A stretch of 38,898 nt of DNA from a virus (taxonomy: Duplodnaviria > Caudoviricetes). Position numbers and translations under genes: made by a program. Below the pieces are notes generated by a model that did not search any database, was not told the DNA's origin, and was given only the letters and a program-made list of their open reading frames with translations. The stretch spans positions 1-38,898 of IMG/VR virus record IMGVR_UViG_3300032225_002052; one strand, written 5' to 3'. Below, in pieces: positions 28,150 to 34,567 of the stretch. The first letter of the stretch is position 1, and every line of letters starts with the position of its first letter.

Positions 28150-28473
28150 TTACGGCCCGAATTCAAACACCTTCTTTTCGGTGCGCAGTTTAACGAAGTC
28201 CTGGTTGCTCGCCATGATTTCCAAACTGGTCGTGGCCGTAGACCCAGTTGCGTCGAGATTGCCAATGGCAGTCGCCGTGCTGTATTCGGTTTCAGAGATG
28301 GTTTCCACCATACCGCGCATCACCAAAGCGACAATGTCGCCTTCATTGTTTTTTGCCTCGTTACGACGGGAAAATTCTTTGGAACTGGAGTGTTCAAGAA
28401 TCTTCTTTGTATCCGTTGCGGTGCCCGTTCCAAATTTGTAAGCGCCCGCTGCTCCAAGTGTTTTGAGTGCCAT
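28150..28473 (-). CDS. tail tube-like protein (paralog 2)
   Basis: KFG, KEF, N.EGD.V.L, AS..DF.K.R shared with 28493..28843; followed by a terminator. Confidence 0.65.
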   Translation of the reverse strand: MALKTLGAAGAYKFGTGTATDTKKILEHSSSKEFSRRNEAKNNEGDIVALVMRGMVETISETEYSTATAIGNLDATGSTATTSLEIMASNQDFVKLRTEKKVFEFGP

Positions 28474-28492
28474 ATAAATTTACGTTAATGTT

Positions 28493-28843
28493 CTACTGAA
28501 TGCTTGGGTATTTCTCGGCTTCCAAACGGATTTTCGTAAAGTCTGACTGACTTGCAGTCACCTCCACGCGAGTCACATCCGCGCCCGTGATGCCACCACA
28601 AGTGATTTGACTACCGGGGTCGGGAGCCGTGGTCACGTTAGCATAACCCGAGATGGACAGCGTTTGCTTTTCGCCGCCGATCAGCAACCCGACTGTGTCG
28701 CCTTCGGCATTCACCGCAGGCACATTGATTGTAAATTCCTTCTTGATGGATACTTCGGTGACTTCCTGAAGCCCATCGTGAGTCGCCGTAAACGAGCCAG
28801 CTCCAAATTTTAAACCGCCGAGATGTTCAACTTTGATCGCCAT
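28493..28843 (-). CDS. tail tube-like protein (paralog 1)
   Basis: Start MAIKVE at 28843 supported by GTTGACA-N15-ATG; small beta-rich protein at the tail-tube position. Confidence 0.65.
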   Translation of the reverse strand: MAIKVEHLGGLKFGAGSFTATHDGLQEVTEVSIKKEFTINVPAVNAEGDTVGLLIGGEKQTLSISGYANVTTAPDPGSQITCGGITGADVTRVEVTASQSDFTKIRLEAEKYPSIQ

Positions 28844-28858
28844 ACCAGATCGGCGCGG

Positions 28859-28865
28859 TGTCAAC
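28859..28865 (-). promoter_or_regulatory. GTTGACA late element (N15-ATG)
   Basis: Overlaps the upstream TGA; upstream of ATG 28843. Confidence 0.75.
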
Positions 28866-29268
28866 TCGCGACACTTACCCCGGCCCGTAGTTTCAAAATG
28901 TCCCCATGACTACGCTCCTTAGTCGCGTCTTCCTGCCCGAGCACGCAGAATCCATGCACCGTAATGTCGTCAAACGCGCTGGCAAAAAGGCAACCCGGTG
29001 CGCGGAAAAAATCACAAACCTGCCTAAACCTCCGCTTGGAACGCTCCGTAGCATCTCCGTCATCCGCCGGGACCACGGAAATCACCGACACATCCACCAA
29101 AAATGCCAGCCCATTAGAATCCTTAGCTTCACTCTTTTCCGCAATCACGCACACATACTCCGGGGGCCGGTCATCGGAGGCTCTCCCAGGCAATACAGCG
29201 ACATCATCCACCACTAACCCCAACAAATCCGCCAATTCTTTCTCTACCGAGTGCCGAATGTCGTTCAT
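28861..29268 (-). CDS. putative tail terminator / head-tail protein
   Basis: 135 aa at the canonical position between head-tail joining and tube genes; GGAGG upstream. Confidence 0.55.
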   Translation of the reverse strand: MNDIRHSVEKELADLLGLVVDDVAVLPGRASDDRPPEYVCVIAEKSEAKDSNGLAFLVDVSVISVVPADDGDATERSKRRFRQVCDFFRAPGCLFASAFDDITVHGFCVLGQEDATKERSHGDILKLRAGVSVAS

Positions 29269-29270
29269 AC

Positions 29271-29594
29271 TTAGAATCCTCCTCCCGTGTCCCCCAGTGG
29301 CCCCAAGTCAACCACCACAGCACTTCCAATGGGATTTAGTTTTCCAATGCGCCACTCCTCCCCGTCCACCGTGATGCGCTTTCCTATGCCAATACTCAAG
29401 CTCACCACATCTTCTTTTTTAATAGTGATGCGCAGCTTGCTTGTTTTAGCAAACCCACCTGGCCCCAGATTATTTCCGACCTCGCCCACTCCACTAACAA
29501 TCACACTCAGCGGTAATCCCGCGTAGATCGCTTGCGCGGGCATTTCTCGAAATGCAGCCTCATCAGAGAGCGCAAAAGCAGCGTCAAATCTCAT
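29271..29594 (-). CDS. head-tail joining (gpFII-like) protein
   Basis: Start MRFDAAF at 29594 (GTTGACA-N14-ATG); G.RITVDGEEWRI pattern; follows the major capsid gene. Confidence 0.65.
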   Translation of the reverse strand: MRFDAAFALSDEAAFREMPAQAIYAGLPLSVIVSGVGEVGNNLGPGGFAKTSKLRITIKKEDVVSLSIGIGKRITVDGEEWRIGKLNPIGSAVVVDLGPLGDTGGGF

Positions 29595-29601
29595 ACGCAA
29601 G

Positions 29602-29647
29602 AAGGCGGTGTCAACAACATGGCACTCACCATGTGTGACACCGCCTT
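29602..29647 (-). terminator. long hairpin downstream of major capsid gene (probable terminator/attenuator)
   Basis: AAGGCGGTGTCA...TGACACCGCCTT perfect 12-bp arms plus inner CATGG/CCATG; weak U-tract on the minus strand. Confidence 0.65.
29609..29615 (-). promoter_or_regulatory. GTTGACA late element (N14-ATG)
   Basis: Within the hairpin arm; upstream of ATG 29594. Confidence 0.75.
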
Positions 29648-29671
29648 TTGCGATGCAAGAAACCAACCAAA

Positions 29672-30649
29672 CTACGCTGCGTAACCCGTCGTAATCAACG
29701 TGCCGCTGTTTTCGTTGATGACCTTTTCGTCCGTATGCTGCCGAACGCGAATGACATCACTACGGCGGGGCTCGTCACGATAAGTCTCAACGACAAACAA
29801 TGAAGAGGCGTCTTCTTCCCAGCACATGGTGCGACCTGCACCGCCTGCGTTAGGATCGCCACCCGTGACGTTTCCGACCCAGATGTACTGGTCGCCCCAG
29901 ACATAAGCCAAGCTCGCATCACTGACCGAGGCACCCTTCTTGGCCGTGGAGTACGTCGATTCAGCAATGAGAACATTGACCTGCGCGGATTCAGAGAACG
30001 CAGTAGCAAACTCAGCCTTCCCGATGGACTTATTGCCACCGTAATCACCGTACAAGTACTTACGCAAAAGCGTGGAACGACGAATCGTTTTCCACACATT
30101 ACGGCTCAGAATAATGGTATTCACCTGTTCACCACGTTTCTGCACGCGGGCAATCGCGTCTTCGATGTCGCGAGCCACATCCAGCGACGCAATGTTCGCT
30201 TCAGTGTACGCAGTAGAGGCTTCCTTGGTGCCCCAAATCGAGGGATTAAAACAGGAATCAGCCACGCGCTTTTCGTAGGCAATAGCCATATTGCGCTGCA
30301 CTAACTTTGCGCTCGTAGATTCGGCATCAAAAAAACGGCTGATGTCGAGGGCGTCGGCATCGTCAATGACCTCAGTCAGACCGCGATCCGTACAGAAGAA
30401 ACGATCCTTCTCGTAGGTGCGATCCACTTCTTTGTAGGCCGTGCGAGGAGCGCGAATCGTAGAATCACCCAAGTCAGAGGCCAATAATTGACCACTGGAC
30501 TTTTTGATTTTACGGAACTCGCCGTACTTGTTCTTCGTCATCCAGATGGGGTAAACCTGCTGGGCAATGAAATACGTGTCCGCGAGGAACGCTTCTTCGA
30601 CTACTGCCTGTAGTTCAGGCCGGATTTCGGCTTCAGTATTAGAATACAT
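29672..30649 (-). CDS. major capsid protein (HK97 fold, lambda gpE-like)
   Basis: 325 aa after protease and decoration genes; FIAQQVYP, RAPRT, NTIILSRNVWKTIRRS, DVIRVR..TDEKV. Confidence 0.88.
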   Translation of the reverse strand: MYSNTEAEIRPELQAVVEEAFLADTYFIAQQVYPIWMTKNKYGEFRKIKKSSGQLLASDLGDSTIRAPRTAYKEVDRTYEKDRFFCTDRGLTEVIDDADALDISRFFDAESTSAKLVQRNMAIAYEKRVADSCFNPSIWGTKEASTAYTEANIASLDVARDIEDAIARVQKRGEQVNTIILSRNVWKTIRRSTLLRKYLYGDYGGNKSIGKAEFATAFSESAQVNVLIAESTYSTAKKGASVSDASLAYVWGDQYIWVGNVTGGDPNAGGAGRTMCWEEDASSLFVVETYRDEPRRSDVIRVRQHTDEKVINENSGTLITTGYAA

Positions 30650-30664
30650 GGTCTTTTTCTATTT

Positions 30665-31159
30665 TTAGAGGTTTACCGCACCCGTCCCTGCGCCGGTTGA
30701 GGGAGCCGCAATGCCGGGAATCACGAGGACTTCCAACAACTGCCCAGCGGAGTCAGCATCTCCAAGAGCGACCCCGTACACGGGAGCAGCGTTGGCGGAG
30801 GCAGAGCCGTCAGTGAGAGCCACCCATTTGGCGACAGCACCATTGGCGGCTCGCTTGAGCTTGTCGCCACGAGCAATCACACCCGCAGAGCGCACTTCCA
30901 GCGTGCCGTGAGAGTTCCAGAGCCGAACGCGAACGGGACGCTTAGAGGCGTTATTGTCGGCGACAGAACCGTCGGGGTTAGTGGACGCGACAGGAGCGTT
31001 CAGGTTGGAGTTTTCAGTAACACCGATTTCGATGTCCTGTACGCCAGCCGGTACGATGTACCCGCCTGCCGTGAGTTTAACCCGAACCCCGTTAGTGATG
31101 CCGCTACTGAGCGAAGGATCGCTCAAAAACGTGTATTCAGAAAAGCGTGAGATGGACAT
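30665..31159 (-). CDS. head decoration / capsid cement protein (DUF2190-like)
   Basis: VRVKL...IGV...V...G.I..GD.L....NG.V....GVAL..A...G...EV; ATG at 31159 just after the scaffold stop. Confidence 0.78.
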   Translation of the reverse strand: MSISRFSEYTFLSDPSLSSGITNGVRVKLTAGGYIVPAGVQDIEIGVTENSNLNAPVASTNPDGSVADNNASKRPVRVRLWNSHGTLEVRSAGVIARGDKLKRAANGAVAKWVALTDGSASANAAPVYGVALGDADSAGQLLEVLVIPGIAAPSTGAGTGAVNL

Positions 31160-31166
31160 AAGTAGA

Positions 31167-31811
31167 TTAGTCTTGGGTTTTAACGATGCCTTTGGCAGAC
31201 AGGTACTTAACGTAGGATTGAGGGTCTTCCTTTTGGGCAAAAGCGATGGCTTTTGCCTTGGTCATTCCGTCACTGACGAGCGACGCAACGTGCTGCTCAA
31301 AGAGGTGCTGCTTAGGTGTGCCAGCTTCAAACATGCGCTCTCCATGTCCACCGTGGGACAGTGCGCCTGCGCCACGAGTGCGGAACGCATAACGAAGTGC
31401 TTCGTTTTCTGCGGAAAGTTCCTTGAGCTGCGAAACTAGCGCATCCACCTTTTCGTTTACGGATTGAGCAACTGCTTCGTGTTCCGCTTGTTCAGCGGCA
31501 GCAAATTCACGCATCCGCAAATTTTCCAAAGCGGAAAGGCGGCGGTGTAGCGCGGTACCCACAGACTCACCTTCACCCGCTTCACCTGCTTCGGAAGGAT
31601 CACCCTCGTAGCCTTCTTGGCCTTCTTCGGCTTCTTCGGCTTCTTCGTTATCGTGGGCGTGGGCGGCTTCCATCACCGATTGCTGGAAGTCTTCCACATG
31701 CTCGACACGCGAGCTTACTTCCGACAGTTGCTGGGAAAGTCCCTGGAGCGCGTTAAGCACATCGGCAAGCGACGGCTCATGGCCTTGATCTTGAGTTTCA
31801 GTTGGGTTCAT
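31167..31811 (-). CDS. probable nested in-frame scaffolding protein
   Basis: In-frame ATG (MNPTETQ) at the protease/scaffold boundary, preceded by GTTGACA at 31829-31835. Confidence 0.6.
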   Translation of the reverse strand: MNPTETQDQGHEPSLADVLNALQGLSQQLSEVSSRVEHVEDFQQSVMEAAHAHDNEEAEEAEEGQEGYEGDPSEAGEAGEGESVGTALHRRLSALENLRMREFAAAEQAEHEAVAQSVNEKVDALVSQLKELSAENEALRYAFRTRGAGALSHGGHGERMFEAGTPKQHLFEQHVASLVSDGMTKAKAIAFAQKEDPQSYVKYLSAKGIVKTQD

Positions 31812-32318
31812 GTCCCCAAAGTTTTTCGTGTCAACTTTGGCTTCAAATAACCCGTCCGGGTTAGCGGCGGGTTGCGCCACCAAATCCACCGACACCAGCT
31901 CCTTGCACCGAGCAAATTTGCGTCCGCCGTGCTTTTCGTCGTCGCCCATAAAGGCGGCACTCAGCCCAATGTTATTGGGCATCCGCTCGGCCAGCTCGAT
32001 AGCCTGGGCATAATTCGGATGCGTTTTAAGAAGATGCCAGTCTCCCAGCAGTTTTTCTCCATCCACCCGAAAGTTATCCAGGTAGCCACACACCGCATCC
32101 GCGCCGGAGCGATGGTTCCATTTAACGGGGACCGTCCCCCGCTTTTCAGCGCATTCCTTGAGTTGGTTGATCGTTTTACGATCCACCTCAAGCTCGTGTC
32201 CACGGGCGGTAATCCCCCCCGTGATGACACTCACCCCGTATATGATGCCGTTGTGGGCATCCACTTTGGCGCGTTCCAGCGCCGTATGAAATTCGTAACG
32301 TGACAAGGCGTTCCCCAT
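31167..32318 (-). CDS. prohead protease fused to scaffolding domain
   Basis: N-half: VKWNH, GLS, LVSVDLVAQPAANPDGLF (HK97/herpes-type protease pattern); C-half acidic coiled-coil. Confidence 0.85.
   Translation of the reverse strand: MGNALSRYEFHTALERAKVDAHNGIIYGVSVITGGITARGHELEVDRKTINQLKECAEKRGTVPVKWNHRSGADAVCGYLDNFRVDGEKLLGDWHLLKTHPNYAQAIELAERMPNNIGLSAAFMGDDEKHGGRKFARCKELVSVDLVAQPAANPDGLFEAKVDTKNFGDMNPTETQDQGHEPSLADVLNALQGLSQQLSEVSSRVEHVEDFQQSVMEAAHAHDNEEAEEAEEGQEGYEGDPSEAGEAGEGESVGTALHRRLSALENLRMREFAAAEQAEHEAVAQSVNEKVDALVSQLKELSAENEALRYAFRTRGAGALSHGGHGERMFEAGTPKQHLFEQHVASLVSDGMTKAKAIAFAQKEDPQSYVKYLSAKGIVKTQD
31829..31835 (-). promoter_or_regulatory. GTTGACA late element, intragenic (N17-ATG)
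   Basis: Upstream of in-frame ATG 31811. Confidence 0.7.
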
Positions 32319-32332
32319 GCGGAGAACGCCTG

Positions 32333-32339
32333 TGTCAAC
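32333..32339 (-). promoter_or_regulatory. GTTGACA late element (N14-ATG)
   Basis: Intergenic, upstream of ATG 32318. Confidence 0.78.
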
Positions 32340-32363
32340 TTAACGGCTAAAAGCAGCCTTGGA

Positions 32364-34562
32364 CTAAGATGGCATTAAATTACCACCAAGATTTGCAGCA
32401 ACCCTCAAAAGATTCACACCACGCTGAACATGAAACCCATCCGAATAAGTTCCCAACGCGGGAGCCTTTAAGCCTTGATCATCTTTTACATGGCTCCAAG
32501 CGGCGTGTTCAGGGGCCATTACGTTTCTATCGTAATGCTTCCTTGAATAGGTATTTTTCAACCCATTGATGATTCCTTCACGTTGATATGTTTTGTCCCA
32601 ACCGGGTTGCCCACCAAGGGAAGCATAGTCTTTTGCGTGACCAATTTCATGCTCAACCAGTGCTCTTGGCGCTTGGTTTTTTGTGCCAATAAATCCCTTT
32701 CCCTTTGGCACAAAAAAGGCGTTTTTACCTCCAACGAGCATCGCTCGCATAGGGACAGCCTTGATTGTGGCACCAATCGGTCCAGACCCATTCTTGCGGA
32801 GCAACCCTCTGATTTCACTGTAATTTCCAGCGTGATCGACTCCAGCCTGCGCCGAAATGGCTTTTGCATCTTCTTGCGGGAGGGTTTTTAGTTGCGAATG
32901 GAAATCGCTGCTGTTGCGAAACGCTTTTCTCCCTTTGTAAAGATCATGCAGACCCGCTGCCGCCAATCCTCCAACAGCAATACCGCCGCCAATCTTTAGC
33001 GCCTTTTGGCCCAGATTAAATTCAACAAGCGCCGCATCGAGCTTTGCTTCTAATTGCTGCGCAGCTTGAGCTTTGGGCTGAGAATACTTTTGATAAATCG
33101 CACGGGCATCTCGGCCCTGATGACCCACACTCTGACCGACTAATTTACCACCGCGTTTACCCAAGGCCGCACCCACACCAGCACCCAAAACCGCCGCCCC
33201 GAGTCCTGTGCCAGCAATTCCACCAGCACCGCCACTGTGAGGAATAATTGAAAATGGCTCCCGCATCCGAGTTTTAGCATTTGCAAGATGCCCCACTGCG
33301 TATCCAAGCCCGCCGCCAATTAGCGCACCCGTAAGAGTGCCTTTGGCAGTTTTTGTAGTTACATTCAACGCCGCATGACCGCCCGCTTTCAATTTGCTCT
33401 GCGATGGATGTGCATCATAAGCCGTCACAAGAGGATTGCCAAAAATTGCGGTTGCCAGAGGGCGCGGATGCTTGACGGGCACACCCTGCTCATCGACTGC
33501 CGGTTGGTTGAATTCCTTTAACTGGCCTTGAGCCTCATACTGCTTCACATCGCCAGAACTAAACGGACGAGCCCGGTACGCATTCCCAGTCACATCTTTG
33601 GTGAACTCAGGAGTCACTGCCGGAATGGGAAGCTTGGGCGTCTGCCACCTTCTCACCGCCTGCTTTGCATAGTCACCAATTCCCATGCCGGTCTTATTTT
33701 TCAAAAGCGCATTGGCTCCGTAACCCGCGAGTCCCAACCCCGCCGCAGTTGTGGCGTAACGCCCGATGCGGTGCATGGTACTTTCGTCGTCTTGGCGCAT
33801 TTGATCGAACTGATTCAACTTTTCGTTCAATGCTACCAATGTTTCAAACCTGATGTTTTTGCTCATATATTCTTTCGCTTTATCAACTGCACCTTTTCCA
33901 TAAACCCCAGCGGCTGCGCCAGCACCCAACAACCCAAGAGCGCCCAGTTTACTGCGCTGGCCCACATGGACATGAATTTGCTGGGGCTGAGGCGGTGCGG
34001 GCGGTTGACTCCTATAAGCCGCCGTCATGGAATCTGGGTCCATTCCCTTCGTTTCGGCTCCCTGAAAACGCCCCTCGTTATCCCTTGGGCGTCCATCAAA
34101 TTCACGCAACCGCTCTAATATACGTTCAAAGAAAAATCCTTGCCCAGGAAAATGGTAATGCCCGTCTCCGTGGTCAATCGTTGCGCCTGTAGCAGCGTCA
34201 ATGATAGGTTGCGCTGCTTTTTTTACATTTCCCACTGCCGCAACCGCTTTTTTCCTTAATTCTGCGGGCATATTTTTCATTGCCTGCGCACCCTTTGCGA
34301 CAACCATTGCGCCTCTCACGGCTTGGCCGGGGGCTTTAGGGTAAGCGTACCCTGCGGCGGCTCCGGCTCTTGCCCCCACAGTCCCGCCCAGCGCCGCGCC
34401 TTTTACGGCACCGACCACTTTTGGAAAATTCGGATGCCGCGCTGCATAATAAGCTCCAGCTCCCAACGCGCCGATTCCAGCAACAGCGCCCGCCACTTTT
34501 AATGCACGCTTCCCAGAGGAGGGCGCGGGTTGCTCAGTGTAATTTCTATTATCGTTGTTCAT
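32364..34562 (-). CDS. modular basic Gly/Ala-rich head-region protein with C-terminal HExxH metallopeptidase-like module
   Basis: 732 aa; four LxEF-type motifs separate five modules, each with a glycine-zipper-like segment; HEIGH at 32637-32651 and a downstream E..AW. Confidence 0.8.
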   Translation of the reverse strand: MNNDNRNYTEQPAPSSGKRALKVAGAVAGIGALGAGAYYAARHPNFPKVVGAVKGAALGGTVGARAGAAAGYAYPKAPGQAVRGAMVVAKGAQAMKNMPAELRKKAVAAVGNVKKAAQPIIDAATGATIDHGDGHYHFPGQGFFFERILERLREFDGRPRDNEGRFQGAETKGMDPDSMTAAYRSQPPAPPQPQQIHVHVGQRSKLGALGLLGAGAAAGVYGKGAVDKAKEYMSKNIRFETLVALNEKLNQFDQMRQDDESTMHRIGRYATTAAGLGLAGYGANALLKNKTGMGIGDYAKQAVRRWQTPKLPIPAVTPEFTKDVTGNAYRARPFSSGDVKQYEAQGQLKEFNQPAVDEQGVPVKHPRPLATAIFGNPLVTAYDAHPSQSKLKAGGHAALNVTTKTAKGTLTGALIGGGLGYAVGHLANAKTRMREPFSIIPHSGGAGGIAGTGLGAAVLGAGVGAALGKRGGKLVGQSVGHQGRDARAIYQKYSQPKAQAAQQLEAKLDAALVEFNLGQKALKIGGGIAVGGLAAAGLHDLYKGRKAFRNSSDFHSQLKTLPQEDAKAISAQAGVDHAGNYSEIRGLLRKNGSGPIGATIKAVPMRAMLVGGKNAFFVPKGKGFIGTKNQAPRALVEHEIGHAKDYASLGGQPGWDKTYQREGIINGLKNTYSRKHYDRNVMAPEHAAWSHVKDDQGLKAPALGTYSDGFHVQRGVNLLRVAANLGGNLMPS

Positions 34563-34567
34563 AATTT

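Noticed and set aside
27405-28473. Programmed -1 frameshift in tail assembly chaperone
   Set aside because: A single ORF already spans to the tape measure start; no overlapping second frame needing a slippery site was seen.
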